Shown in pieces: positions 1 to 10,094 of a stretch of 57,268 nt of DNA. The stretch covers positions 1 through 57,268 of the forward strand of contig JBAZXM010000004.1 in the NCBI GenBank assembly GCA_041659845.1, written 5' to 3'. Position 1 is the first letter of the stretch. Each line of letters opens with the position of its first letter. The notes beneath the pieces were generated by a model that was given only the letters and a program-made list of their open reading frames with translations, was not told the origin of the DNA and did no database searches. The position numbers and the translations under genes are program-made. The DNA comes from Minisyncoccota bacterium. GTDB lineage: Bacteria > Patescibacteriota > Minisyncoccia > Phycocordibacterales > UBA9973.

Positions 1-17
1 CATTTGTAATTATTTTT

Positions 18-845
18 TTATGGCTGAGTCTGAGGACCCGTTATTATCACGTCTGTATCACCATCTATGCCTCCTCCAGTGCGATACCCTCCAGCTTGTA
101 TACTTATCTGCCCTACAGAATAAACAACTATTGTTCTAGTCAAATTTTTAGGAGATTTGATCGTAATTTCAGCGTCACAGATTGGTGTACCGGTAACTAG
201 AGGAATGGCTTTTTTGTTTTCGTAGCCAGACTGATTAGTGGTAAAATAAGCGTCATTATTCGGACGAGTAAAAACAATGGCGAGATCTTTACCCTTTGGA
301 AGAATTGCTGGTGGGCATGATGGATTGCTTGCTTGATTTTGATTTACAGCAATACTTGAAATACTATAGCCATTATTAATACTAATTGATTTCAAACATT
401 CAGTATTAGTTTCACCTTCACATGTTGAAGCTTCGTTACCCGTACTACCATATTTGCCATCGTTATCCTTGTCGGCAAAATAAATAAATTTCTTTGTCCT
501 ATCTGTTGGTGTCGTTTCTGTACTGAAATATAACCCATATGAAGGCTTTTTGCCTGCTTGAAATTTTGCAAAGCCTTCACCGGCAGTTGCAGAACTCTGT
601 GCCTGCTTGATTTCAAGCGCGATATCCTGAGCCAAATTGGAAAGAGTGATACTATCACCGAAACTTGAGAAATTAAAAAGAGTAATGCCAGAAATAATTG
701 CGAAAATACTGATAACCGAAATGAGTTCAATGAATGTCATACCGCGCTTCGCAGAATTATAAATTACGAATGACGAATTACGAATTGGGAAAAAGCTAAG
801 CTTTTTCCCTGCATTTTTATTTATAATTCGTAATTTATAATTCAT
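18..845 (-). CDS. type IV pilin-like / pseudopilin protein (prepilin-type N-terminal cleavage/methylation motif)
   Basis: 275-aa ORF. Motif AKRG|MTFIELISVISIFAIISG has G at -1, E at +5 and a hydrophobic helix. It is the last gene of the pil operon. The leader is 35 aa if ATG 845 is used. Confidence 0.7.
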   Translation of the reverse strand: MNYKLRIINKNAGKKLSFFPIRNSSFVIYNSAKRGMTFIELISVISIFAIISGITLFNFSSFGDSITLSNLAQDIALEIKQAQSSATAGEGFAKFQAGKKPSYGLYFSTETTPTDRTKKFIYFADKDNDGKYGSTGNEASTCEGETNTECLKSISINNGYSISSIAVNQNQASNPSCPPAILPKGKDLAIVFTRPNNDAYFTTNQSGYENKKAIPLVTGTPICDAEITIKSPKNLTRTIVVYSVGQISIQAGGYRTGGGIDGDTDVIITGPQTQP

Positions 846-859
846 AATTGATTTTATTT

Positions 860-1672
860 TTAATTAAATTGGAAAATACCAAGCAGTGTTCCGATATCCC
901 AATTATAAAAAAATACGAGTAAAGTTGCGAGTATTAGAAACGGCGCGAAAGGTATCTCGCTTTTCATCGTGTATTCCCTACCCTTAAATATCAATAGTAG
1001 CAAGCTTGCGGCTGCGCCTATCCAAAATGCAAATACTACTGCTGTAATACCGGATGAAAGCCCGAGCAGGAACCCGATACCTACCATAAGCTTCACATCG
1101 CCGAAACCCATCAATCGGCCATTAGAAAGTAGCCATATAAGGCCAAATGGTAGTGAGATAATAAATCCTGCTAAAAGATCAAGAGGTAAGGGTATTTCTA
1201 AATAACATCCGCTTGTATGGATAAAAAACGGCGCAAGCATTGAAAGCCCGATGAATGAGTATGCGCAAGAATCCGGAATTATCTTGTGCCGGAGGTCATA
1301 CACGGCAGTTACTATGAGGATACTGGAAATCAAAAGATAAAAGCCTGCTACGATAATAAACGGCAGCAAAGCTCCAAATATGAGCATGTATTGAAATTTC
1401 AAAAAAATAAACGCAAAAACAATACCGGTGAAAAACTCTACCCAAGAATATTGGGAAGAAATTTTTGAAAGACAGCGACGGCATTTGCCACGCTGAATGA
1501 AATATGAAACTAGAGGAATAAGCTCGAACCAGCGGAGTGGCTTGGCACAGGAAAGGCACATTGATCGCCCGCCGAGAGTCATGTTCGTATTCATCCGAAA
1601 GACAACGACATTTAAAAAACTACCGATGATTGTCCCGAATATAAAAGCGAAAAGAGTATAGGTAATCTCCAT
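860..1672 (-). CDS. pilD: prepilin peptidase (A24 family)
   Basis: 270-aa polytopic membrane ORF. N-terminal CLSC...CRRC zinc motif and FGDVKLM active-site motif. Adjacent to pilin genes. Confidence 0.9.
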   Translation of the reverse strand: MEITYTLFAFIFGTIIGSFLNVVVFRMNTNMTLGGRSMCLSCAKPLRWFELIPLVSYFIQRGKCRRCLSKISSQYSWVEFFTGIVFAFIFLKFQYMLIFGALLPFIIVAGFYLLISSILIVTAVYDLRHKIIPDSCAYSFIGLSMLAPFFIHTSGCYLEIPLPLDLLAGFIISLPFGLIWLLSNGRLMGFGDVKLMVGIGFLLGLSSGITAVVFAFWIGAAASLLLLIFKGREYTMKSEIPFAPFLILATLLVFFYNWDIGTLLGIFQFN

Positions 1673-1754
1673 GCTTAAATTATATCACTTTTTACATTCT
1701 CACCAAAACAAAAACCGCCCTTGGGCGGATTTTTGTTTTACTTTAACAGTTTCA

Positions 1755-2207
1755 TTACTGACAAGTTGAAGCTGAAATCTGAGAACCTTTAGCCATTGCA
1801 GTCCCTGTGCTATCAACACACCAGAAGCTTGCTGTAGGATCACTAGGCAAACTAGATGATACCGCCCATGCTGTGGTGTCTGCAAAACATGCAGGTATTC
1901 CGCCAGCATTAGCAATACCGGCAATCAGAACAGAAACATTATCTGTCCTTGTAGGATCAAATACCGATTCACCAGCAGAGCAAGTTATTGCTACACCGTC
2001 CGCATCAGCATATTGATTATTGTTTGCAGACACATAAAGCTCAGCTTGTGCTCGAATACTTGCGAGCTGAGATTTCACAGAAGCATCTTTACCTTTGTTG
2101 CGTGCACTACCGAGTGATGCGAGCACAACTGATGCCAAGATACCGATGATTGCGATGACCACAAGTAGTTCGATTAAAGTGAACCCTTTTTTGAATGTAT
2201 TTTTCAT
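1755..2207 (-). CDS. type IV pilin
   Basis: MKNTFKKGFTLIELLVVIAIIGILASVVLASLGSAR. I moved the start to ATG 2207, because the track start at 2261 is a TTG that overlaps the upstream pilin. C-terminal Cys pair. Confidence 0.85.
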   Translation of the reverse strand: MKNTFKKGFTLIELLVVIAIIGILASVVLASLGSARNKGKDASVKSQLASIRAQAELYVSANNNQYADADGVAITCSAGESVFDPTRTDNVSVLIAGIANAGGIPACFADTTAWAVSSSLPSDPTASFWCVDSTGTAMAKGSQISASTCQ

Positions 2208-2232
2208 AAATAACTTTAGGGTAAATAGTAAA

Positions 2233-2712
2233 TTATAGGCAAGTGGTTCCAGCAGCAGCAATCGAGGTAGTCAAGGTTGTAGTATATGCAGTACCAGTTT
2301 TACTTTTATCACTTGCATAACCTGTACTATCTACACAAAATGCTCCTGTACTTGTCTGCGCAGAAACAGCCCATGCCGCACCGTTGCTTGGTTGCCCCAA
2401 TGCTGATCCACAACGAGTATTAGCCAAAGTTAAACCGTTAAACAAACTACCAAGACCATTTAGGTTAACAGTTGTTTCAAATAATGTTCCTGCGGTTGTT
2501 GCACAAGTAGCAGCAGGGAATGCAGTACCAGTACCTGAGTAGATCTCAGCCTGAGCACGCATATTTGATAATTGAGACTTAGTAGCAGCATCTCTGCCCT
2601 TCGCTCGAGCAGAGCCAAGTGATGCGAGCACAACTGACGCCAAGATACCGATGATGGCGATAACCACCAAGAGTTCAATAAGCGTAAAACCTTTTTTCAA
2701 AGTTGATTTCAT
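2233..2712 (-). CDS. type IV pilin (tandem paralog)
   Basis: MKSTLKKGFTLIELLVVIAIIGILASVVLASLGSAR. The N-terminus is nearly identical to the neighbouring pilin at both protein and DNA level. Confidence 0.85.
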   Translation of the reverse strand: MKSTLKKGFTLIELLVVIAIIGILASVVLASLGSARAKGRDAATKSQLSNMRAQAEIYSGTGTAFPAATCATTAGTLFETTVNLNGLGSLFNGLTLANTRCGSALGQPSNGAAWAVSAQTSTGAFCVDSTGYASDKSKTGTAYTTTLTTSIAAAGTTCL

Positions 2713-2813
2713 ATTTTTTCTTTTAAATTCAATAATAAAATTAATAATTAAACGACTATTTTGATAGTAAATACATTATATCATACCTGTAAGAGGAGTG
2801 TGCAAGTGGAAAA

Positions 2814-4016
2814 CTACTGTATTCCCGATGCCAAATTGTAAATAGGCACAAGGACAGAGGTGAGCAAAAGCCCGACACCAAGACCTAAAAAGACGATCAT
2901 CACAGGCTCTATCAAACTGACCAATGTATCGATAGCCCCATCGACTTCACGCTTATAGAATTTCGCCAAAGTCTTTAGAATTGAAGATAGAGAGCCGGTT
3001 TCCTCACCCACTTTCATCATTTGGACCATTAGTGAGGGTACATGGATACTCTTGCCCATTGCGTCTGAAAGAGAACTTCCACCCTTCACTGCTTCAGTAG
3101 ATTCTTTCAAAATACTATGATAGACGCGATTGCCTACCACATCACCTGAAATTTCAATCGCGCGCACAATTGAGATACCGGAAGAAAGCATAGTATCGAG
3201 GTTGTCAGCAATACGCGCGAGGTAAACTTTTTTATATAAATCGCCCAAGCCGGGCAATGAGAGTTTAAGATTGTCCATATAGATTTTGCCGGATTCGCTA
3301 CGAGTGAGACGGAAAATGTAAAGGCCGAAGAGTATCAAAAAAATTATGAAAAATATGCCGTAATCAACAAAGAAGCTACTCATACCTATAACAATCTTGG
3401 TATAGAACGGAATATCTTGCCCGGATTCCAGAATAATCACAGAAAGTTTAGGAATAACGACCACCATCATTAGAGCCATCACAACGAAAAATGTAAAAAC
3501 AACGAATGCCGGATAAATAAGCGCGTTTTTGGTTTTTGAATTAAGCTCATACTGGCGATCAAGGTAATCTGCAAGATAAGAAAATGTCTGTGTAAGCTTG
3601 CCTGATTCTTCACCGGCGCGAACCATACTTATATAAAAGTCGGAAAAAACATCCGGATGTTTGGAGAGAGCACCAGAGATTGAGAATCCAGCCTGAAGGT
3701 CATCGACAACTTGAGTGAGTTTATGAGAAAGAAGATCGTTTTCAGCATTTGCAGCAAGAAGGCTAAAGGCCTTAAGCGCGGAAACATTCGCCTCAAATAA
3801 TGTCGAAATCTGGCGAGAAACCACGACAACATCTTTCACTGGAATGCGCTGGAAAAGATTGAGAGAAAACCCTGATTTGACTTGTTCTTCTTTAATTGAA
3901 ACGACCACAAGCCCTCGACGTTGTAATGCGCCAATAGCCAAATCCTTGTTGACGGAATCAACAATACCTTCTTTTGCCTCGCCTTTGTCGTTTAGAGCTT
4001 TATATTTAAAAATCAT
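2814..4016 (-). CDS. pilC: type IV pilus platform protein (GspF/PilC family)
   Basis: 400 aa with two T2SS-F-like repeats and three TM segments. Sits between pilT and the pilins. Confidence 0.9.
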   Translation of the reverse strand: MIFKYKALNDKGEAKEGIVDSVNKDLAIGALQRRGLVVVSIKEEQVKSGFSLNLFQRIPVKDVVVVSRQISTLFEANVSALKAFSLLAANAENDLLSHKLTQVVDDLQAGFSISGALSKHPDVFSDFYISMVRAGEESGKLTQTFSYLADYLDRQYELNSKTKNALIYPAFVVFTFFVVMALMMVVVIPKLSVIILESGQDIPFYTKIVIGMSSFFVDYGIFFIIFLILFGLYIFRLTRSESGKIYMDNLKLSLPGLGDLYKKVYLARIADNLDTMLSSGISIVRAIEISGDVVGNRVYHSILKESTEAVKGGSSLSDAMGKSIHVPSLMVQMMKVGEETGSLSSILKTLAKFYKREVDGAIDTLVSLIEPVMIVFLGLGVGLLLTSVLVPIYNLASGIQ

Positions 4017-4021
4017 GATAA

Positions 4022-5080
4022 TTATACTAATCTTTCAAGCGCTTTCGGATTCAATGAATGTAAGTAAGCGTTTTCAATGCTAATTTCGCCTTTTTGAACC
4101 AATTCGACCAATGAGCGATTCATATCGATCATCCCCTGCTCAAAGCCGGTTTCAATAACTACATCTATTTCGTGTGTTCTGTTTTCTCGGATAAGATTTG
4201 AGACTGCATTGTTATTCACTAAAAGTTCGTAAGCCGGGATGAGTCCTCCGGTAATACGCGGGATTAAGCGTTGAGAGAAAATTCCGATGAGAGAATTAGC
4301 AAGCTGAGACCTGATCTGGTTCTGCTGGCCAGATGGGAATGAATCGACGATACGGTCAATGGTCTGCGACGCGTTGTTGGTATGAAGAGTCGACAAAACT
4401 AAGTGGCCTGTTTCTGCGGCAGTTACCGCTGTGGCGATTGTTTCTGGTGATCGCATTTCGCCGATCATTATGACATTCACATCCTCGCGGAAAACTGATT
4501 TGAGCGCAATATTGAAATCCTTAGTATCAATACCTACTTCGCGCTGATCGATCATTGAGCGTTTCGGCTCAAAGAGGTACTCAATCGGATCTTCAATAGT
4601 AACGATATGCTCCGATCGTTCATTATTAATGAGGTCAACAAGCGAAGACATGGTTGTTGATTTGCCGTGGCCGACAGGGCCGACGATAAGAAAAAACCCT
4701 TGTTTTTTATGGGCGAAATTCTCAAGTATTGGTGGTAAATTAAGCTCTGAGAGAGTTTTTACTTTAGGGATCAATCGTAAAGCGATTGAGATAAGACCTT
4801 TTTGGAAAAAAGCATTGCCTCGCAGGCGCGCTTCACCGCGAAAATCATAAGAGAAATCAATTTCCTGATTCTCGATGAATCTCGCCATTCTGTCCTTGTC
4901 CAAGAATTCAGAAAGAATTTTCGGCATATCATCTTGCGTAGGTATCGGGTGCGTCACAAGAGAAATAAGCTCTCCTGCTACGCGAATCGCCGGATAGCGA
5001 TTGGCAGAAATATGAAGATCAGATCCGTTTTCTCGGATTACATTTTGGATTAATTCTTCAATTTCTTTTTTATATTCCAT
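4022..5080 (-). CDS. pilT: twitching-motility retraction ATPase PilT
   Basis: 352 aa. Walker A GPVGHGKST, Asp box, Walker B IMIGEMR, His box STLHTNNA. PilT-typical length. Confidence 0.9.
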   Translation of the reverse strand: MEYKKEIEELIQNVIRENGSDLHISANRYPAIRVAGELISLVTHPIPTQDDMPKILSEFLDKDRMARFIENQEIDFSYDFRGEARLRGNAFFQKGLISIALRLIPKVKTLSELNLPPILENFAHKKQGFFLIVGPVGHGKSTTMSSLVDLINNERSEHIVTIEDPIEYLFEPKRSMIDQREVGIDTKDFNIALKSVFREDVNVIMIGEMRSPETIATAVTAAETGHLVLSTLHTNNASQTIDRIVDSFPSGQQNQIRSQLANSLIGIFSQRLIPRITGGLIPAYELLVNNNAVSNLIRENRTHEIDVVIETGFEQGMIDMNRSLVELVQKGEISIENAYLHSLNPKALERLV

Positions 5081-5085
5081 ATGTA

Positions 5086-5478
5086 TTATTTTTTATCCTC
5101 AACGATTTCTTTTACTTTTAAAACCACTTCCGATGGAGTTGTCGATGCTTTAGTGATATAGCCGCTGGCACCTAGCTCCTCCCCACGAGTAAAGTCCGAC
5201 TGCGCCCCGCGGTTCGACAAAATGACTTTCACCGCATTTGTTGCAAGCTTTTCTTTATTGATATACTCAAGGAATTCAAAACCATCCATCTTCGGCATAA
5301 TGATATCGAGCAGAATAACATCGGGGTCAAGCCCAGCTTTAATCTTTTCCAAAGCAAACTCTGCACCGAGCATAGAGTGAACCTCGTAACCAGACTGACT
5401 GAATTTGAGCGCATACATATCAAGTAAAAAACTATCGTCATCAACAATCATTATTTTTATTTTCTTGTTTTCATCCAT
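5086..5478 (-). CDS. stand-alone response regulator receiver (CheY-like)
   Basis: 130 aa. IMIVDDD...ILLDIIMPKMDGFEFL...K receiver signature with no output domain. Confidence 0.85.
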   Translation of the reverse strand: MDENKKIKIMIVDDDSFLLDMYALKFSQSGYEVHSMLGAEFALEKIKAGLDPDVILLDIIMPKMDGFEFLEYINKEKLATNAVKVILSNRGAQSDFTRGEELGASGYITKASTTPSEVVLKVKEIVEDKK

Positions 5479-5506
5479 AAGTTCATTATACTCTTTTACT
5501 TTCTAA

Positions 5507-7240
5507 CTACAAACTATATGCTTCTTGCATGGGTACTTCTCCTTTCAAACTCTTAATTATGCCGTCTTCTTTCATTGAAATCATGCCTTTGGCACGAACC
5601 GTTTTATAAATTTCATTTTCAACAGGGTTTTTAAGAATGATATTCTGGACATCTTTATCAACTTTAAACATTTCATATACTGCCAAACGTCCGCGAGTGC
5701 CGGATGGACATTCGGACGATGGAATGGTTTCATACATTTCTGTACCGATATTGAGCTTAGCTCTGAATTCAGGGTTTAAATCGGCAAATTGTTTCTCAAT
5801 CATGATTTTTGTGCTCTCGTCTATCGGCATCGCCTTTCTCGATGATTCACATGTCATGCGTACCAAACGCTGAGCAATTGCTAATACCAACGTCGGGGCA
5901 ATCAAATACGGATCAACGCCCATATCAATCAAGCGAGGCACCACGCCAATCGCATTATTAGTGTGTAGTGTGGAGAGAACCAAGTGTCCGGTCAAGGCTG
6001 CTTGAATCGCAAGTTGAGCGGTTTCTTTATCGCGGATTTCTCCGACCATTATTATATTCGGGTCTTGACGGAGAACTGAGCGAAGACCTGAGGCGAAAGT
6101 GTACCCGATTTCCGGCATCACTTGTGATTGATTCACATCAGGCATGTGATATTCAACAGGATCTTCAAGTGAGACGACGTTTGCTTTTTCACGATCAAGC
6201 TCATTTAACATCGAATAAAGGGTTGTGGATTTACCCGAACCAGTCGGACCGGTAATAAGGATAAGCCCGTATGGGCGTGCTAGGGCTTCGCGGATAAGCG
6301 ACATATTTGCTTCGGATAATCCAAGCTCACTGAGCGGCTTGACGCCACGCTCTGAATCGAGAATACGGAGTACAACTTTTTCTCCGTAATAAGTCGGGAA
6401 TGTTGAGACACGAAAATCTATTTTCCTGCCTTCGATCTTTGCGGAAAAATTGCCGTCTTGAGGTTTACGTTTCTCGTCAAGACGAAGCTTCGCAAGAATT
6501 TTAATGCGAGCAACCACACCTGCATAGACATTGAGCGGCAAGACGAGGCTGGTATGGAGAATACCGTCGACACGGAACCTGACCTTCACTTTATCTCCAG
6601 TGTTTTCAATATGGATATCCGAGGCATTGCCTTCTGTAGCATGGCGCAAAATAACAGCCACGATTTTTATAATAGGCGCATCTTCGACAATCTTTTCTTC
6701 CTCGCCAGGCTTCAACTGATCCTGGAGTTTAGTCGTTGAAACTTCCACATCACCCGCTCCAATTTCACCCAGATCGGTATCAAACTCTGAGAGAGCTTGA
6801 TCGACTTCCCCTGTCATGCCCTTGTATGCATTCAAGATATTTTTGAAATCTGCCCGCGGAATCAAAAAAAGCTTGAAGGGGATGTTGGATTTCGCCGTGA
6901 TGAATTGCAGTGCATCCATCGCTTCGATATTTTCAGGGTCAATGATGCCGATTTCAAGCACACCATCAACAAGCCCGATAGGAGCGAATTGGTAATGTTC
7001 CGCGGAATCCTCCGGAACATACTTGAGTACGTTTGTCACAAACTTCTTTTGATCAATCGCGCGATATGGCAATTTGTAAAAAGCACTCTTTAGATCCATG
7101 AGTGATTGTTGCGGTAAACCAAGCTCTATGAGCGCTTCGTCTAAATCCCCGCCATGCTTCTCTTTGGCGAGGTGTTCGATTTCAGAAACTTGGCCTTCTT
7201 TAATGATGCCTTTATTGATTAGTTCTTCTAAAAATGTCAT
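5507..7240 (-). CDS. pilB: type IV pilus assembly ATPase (GspE/PilB family)
   Basis: 577 aa. N-terminal GSPII-like domain, Walker A GPTGSGKST, STLHTNNA, tetracysteine-like region. Confidence 0.9.
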   Translation of the reverse strand: MTFLEELINKGIIKEGQVSEIEHLAKEKHGGDLDEALIELGLPQQSLMDLKSAFYKLPYRAIDQKKFVTNVLKYVPEDSAEHYQFAPIGLVDGVLEIGIIDPENIEAMDALQFITAKSNIPFKLFLIPRADFKNILNAYKGMTGEVDQALSEFDTDLGEIGAGDVEVSTTKLQDQLKPGEEEKIVEDAPIIKIVAVILRHATEGNASDIHIENTGDKVKVRFRVDGILHTSLVLPLNVYAGVVARIKILAKLRLDEKRKPQDGNFSAKIEGRKIDFRVSTFPTYYGEKVVLRILDSERGVKPLSELGLSEANMSLIREALARPYGLILITGPTGSGKSTTLYSMLNELDREKANVVSLEDPVEYHMPDVNQSQVMPEIGYTFASGLRSVLRQDPNIIMVGEIRDKETAQLAIQAALTGHLVLSTLHTNNAIGVVPRLIDMGVDPYLIAPTLVLAIAQRLVRMTCESSRKAMPIDESTKIMIEKQFADLNPEFRAKLNIGTEMYETIPSSECPSGTRGRLAVYEMFKVDKDVQNIILKNPVENEIYKTVRAKGMISMKEDGIIKSLKGEVPMQEAYSL

Positions 7241-7270
7241 ATGAAAAAGAAAAGGTAGCGGAAGAGTACG

Positions 7271-7711
7271 TTAGCGTACTGTGCCGGAGCCGGTTGTAGA
7301 TCCTGCTGTTGGAGTAGAGGGAGTGGTAGAAACAGGAGTCGTAGGAGCTGGAGTAGAGGGAGTTGATGATTGTGCCGGCGTACTGATATCAGAACCGATC
7401 GGAGCAAATGGATTAGACCTGCCCGGATTTACTTCCGGAATGAGATTAATGGTGAAATCTTGCAAGCTCATGAATGTCGAACTGGAGAATAAAGAATTAT
7501 CAAGCTTGAGATTGTTGATATTGAGGAGCGTTGAAATAAACTCTCCACCCACAGATGATGCCGTACCGTCTGTAGTTGTTTCAACGCCTGGCGTGCCTGA
7601 AGTTAAGAGCCCTTCTGAAGACTGATCTTTCGCGAAAAACATCTGATACCCAACAATCGCGAGAATAAAGACGACAACAAAAATTATTATATTTTTAATG
7701 GTTGAATTCAT
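7271..7711 (-). CDS. membrane-anchored hypothetical protein with Ser/Thr/Pro-rich tail (pilus-cluster accessory)
   Basis: 146 aa with an N-terminal TM helix. C-terminus is TPAQSSTPSTPAPTTPVSTTPSTPTAG. Lies between the pilO-like gene and pilB. Confidence 0.5.
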   Translation of the reverse strand: MNSTIKNIIIFVVVFILAIVGYQMFFAKDQSSEGLLTSGTPGVETTTDGTASSVGGEFISTLLNINNLKLDNSLFSSSTFMSLQDFTINLIPEVNPGRSNPFAPIGSDISTPAQSSTPSTPAPTTPVSTTPSTPTAGSTTGSGTVR

Positions 7712-7713
7712 AA

Positions 7714-8286
7714 TTATCCTTTAAGCCAGTAAGTTTTAATTTTCATATCGTATTTATAAATACCACTCGCTGCAGCACTCGCGGTTTCGCTTGCTGTAAA
7801 TGAGAGAGAATTTATATCTACGATACGCAGACTCTTTTCCAGATCTCCCAAGAATGAATTGAAGTTAGCATATGATCCTTGAGTTGAAAATTCGAGATTA
7901 AAAGTGCCGTAGTCTTTATTATTCCCTCCCGTCGTAGTTGATTCCGCTTGTGTAATTCCTTTTGGAATGACATCAAACTTCACGTTGGTGAGTTGCATGC
8001 CATACTTCGCCGCCATTTGCTCGATCTCGATAATTAAGCGGATATTGTCGACATTATCCGGCAAGAGATTTTTCAAACGCTTAAGCGAATCCGGAGAAAA
8101 AGAGTTGTATTGAGAAAGCAAAGAATCTCTCTTTTCAATAAGCTTTTGTGAATTGTTGAGACCTTCATTGAGATCACTTTGTTTTACTCGCAGATCCTTT
8201 ACCTCGGTAAGGAGCGGGTTAGTAAAGAAAAAGAATGTCCCTACTGAGACTGCAACAAGTATGATTGGTGTAATAAATTGAAACAT
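7714..8286 (-). CDS. pilO: PilO-like pilus assembly protein
   Basis: 190 aa with an N-terminal TM, a coiled coil and an alpha/beta domain. Called mainly from its position after pilM-pilN. Confidence 0.6.
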   Translation of the reverse strand: MFQFITPIILVAVSVGTFFFFTNPLLTEVKDLRVKQSDLNEGLNNSQKLIEKRDSLLSQYNSFSPDSLKRLKNLLPDNVDNIRLIIEIEQMAAKYGMQLTNVKFDVIPKGITQAESTTTGGNNKDYGTFNLEFSTQGSYANFNSFLGDLEKSLRIVDINSLSFTASETASAAASGIYKYDMKIKTYWLKG

Positions 8287-8294
8287 AAAATTAA

Positions 8295-8885
8295 TTACTG
8301 ATTATTAGATGCAAGAGACTGGTAACGCAAGAAAGAAGGGTCGACCATAAATGACAAATCAAACGTCACATTCCCCCTATCATCCAAATTCAAATTTGAA
8401 AATACCGGATCTTTAATGTATTTGTTTTTGGCAAGAGCATCGGATTGTAGAGCGACAGATGTATAACTCCTAGCCTGTCCGGATAGCTTTATCGATATAC
8501 CTTGTTCACTGAGCGCAGAGTAATCAAATTTAGTGAATCTGACTGATTTCAAAGTCAGATCTTGAAGCGTCTTGAAGAGTGGCGAGAGTACTAGATGATT
8601 CGCAAGAATTTCTTTTGATGAGTTTAAGCGCTTATCGAGGTTTTGAAGATCTAGAATGAGACCAGGCTCAAACGCTTCTTTTGCGCGTTCAAGAGATGTA
8701 TTCATTTCAGCCACTTGCCGAGTCAGAACAATTTTATAAAAATACACACCCGCGCCCGAGACCAGGGACGCAAAGAAAATAACCGTCGCGAAAAATGAAA
8801 AGATATTAACCGGGCGCTCCCTAACTACGCGCTCTTCAGCTAAAGGCTTCTTCGGTATAAATGATGTTTGAAAATCTTTATCCAT
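8295..8885 (-). CDS. pilN: PilN-like pilus assembly protein
   Basis: 196 aa, bitopic, immediately downstream of pilM. Confidence 0.6.
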   Translation of the reverse strand: MDKDFQTSFIPKKPLAEERVVRERPVNIFSFFATVIFFASLVSGAGVYFYKIVLTRQVAEMNTSLERAKEAFEPGLILDLQNLDKRLNSSKEILANHLVLSPLFKTLQDLTLKSVRFTKFDYSALSEQGISIKLSGQARSYTSVALQSDALAKNKYIKDPVFSNLNLDDRGNVTFDLSFMVDPSFLRYQSLASNNQ

Positions 8886-8913
8886 AATGAAACGTACTCT
8901 TTTATTGTAACAC

Positions 8914-10035
8914 CTACTGTAATTTTCTTAAAGCAACTCCTAGAGCAACTGTGAATTCCGGACCGATTGTATCAAGAACCTGCTCGAGGAATGCCGGAGC
9001 CTCCACCTTCCTAAATGGATTGCCCATAGCCACCTCCGCGCTGAAATTCTCTTTTGCGGCTTGATGAAAGCCTTTCATGAGCGCGCCGCCACCTGTGAGA
9101 ATAACTTTACTGATCGTTTTATTATATCTCTTTTCATAATTTAAAACCACATTGTTTGTTTCCGAAAGAATAAAATCAACTGATAGCTTTATGATTTCAG
9201 CGATATTCTTGTCAGTCGCACTACCCAGAAGACCGAACTCCTTCTTGATCTCCTCGGCCTTATCAAATGAAATAGAAAGCGATTTGGAAAGATTATTAGT
9301 GATATCCACTGATCCACGCCCAACAATATGGAATGCGCGCACAATGCCATACTCAACAATTGATAGTTTTGTCTTTGACGCTCCGAAATCGACAAGCAGT
9401 ACAGGTGAGAGCTCGTGGCCAAAGACTGCGCGAATGGAAGAAAAAACTTCAATCTCAAAAAAGCTCGCGGTTACATCGACAGTCGTCGCGATACTTCGAT
9501 ACTTCGAAAGCGTATCGTTATGAATAGCGACAACAAGCACTTCATTCTTGCTCACCGTATCAGGATTGCCTTCGTCCCCTATCGATCCGTCGTGCCGAGG
9601 TATCGCCCACCAATCGAGTGAGACTTCGGATATCGGCACTGGAATATATTTGCGAGCTTCAGTCGGAACCACAGTGACATACTCTTTTTCGGAAACTTGT
9701 GAAGGCAATTCGATTAAGAAGATGAGACTCGCCGCCGAAGGAATAGAAAGAGCAGCGGACTTCGTAGTAACACCGGACTCACGAATGACATCGGAGAGAG
9801 CTTGAGACAACTTTTCAGCGGTAAGATTGGTGACTTTCCCGATTTCAACATCTGCATACGGCCCGAGTGAAAGAGCTCCGTACGTTTCAACTACAGCGCG
9901 GCCACCTTTTCGTTTTAATTGGACAACTTTGATCGATGATGCGCCGATATCTATACCGAGCACACTTTCTTCGTTACCTCCGGACTTGAGCGAGGTCAAT
10001 ACTGAGTCTAAAATTTTTTTAAACGGATTATCCAT
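8914..10035 (-). CDS. pilM: type IV pilus assembly protein PilM (actin-like ATPase fold)
   Basis: 373 aa. LGIDIGASSIKVVQL and DFGASKT phosphate motifs, LTGGGA motif. Confidence 0.85.
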   Translation of the reverse strand: MDNPFKKILDSVLTSLKSGGNEESVLGIDIGASSIKVVQLKRKGGRAVVETYGALSLGPYADVEIGKVTNLTAEKLSQALSDVIRESGVTTKSAALSIPSAASLIFLIELPSQVSEKEYVTVVPTEARKYIPVPISEVSLDWWAIPRHDGSIGDEGNPDTVSKNEVLVVAIHNDTLSKYRSIATTVDVTASFFEIEVFSSIRAVFGHELSPVLLVDFGASKTKLSIVEYGIVRAFHIVGRGSVDITNNLSKSLSISFDKAEEIKKEFGLLGSATDKNIAEIIKLSVDFILSETNNVVLNYEKRYNKTISKVILTGGGALMKGFHQAAKENFSAEVAMGNPFRKVEAPAFLEQVLDTIGPEFTVALGVALRKLQ

Positions 10036-10094
10036 GTGTTACAGTAAGTATATCATATCCACAATGAGTTCTAGCTCAAATATCCACACCATTT

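Noticed and set aside
392-730. Many track ORFs lie antisense to, or nested inside, strongly supported genes. Examples: 392-730, 969-1205, 7281-7625, 9152-9523, 13295-13690, 18467-19108, 19378-19899, 19996-20517, 36016-36279, 42674-43174, 53258-53521.
   Set aside because: They overlap genes with clear family motifs. Their compositions are low-complexity or reflect mirrored codon bias. They have no RBS, promoter or terminator context.
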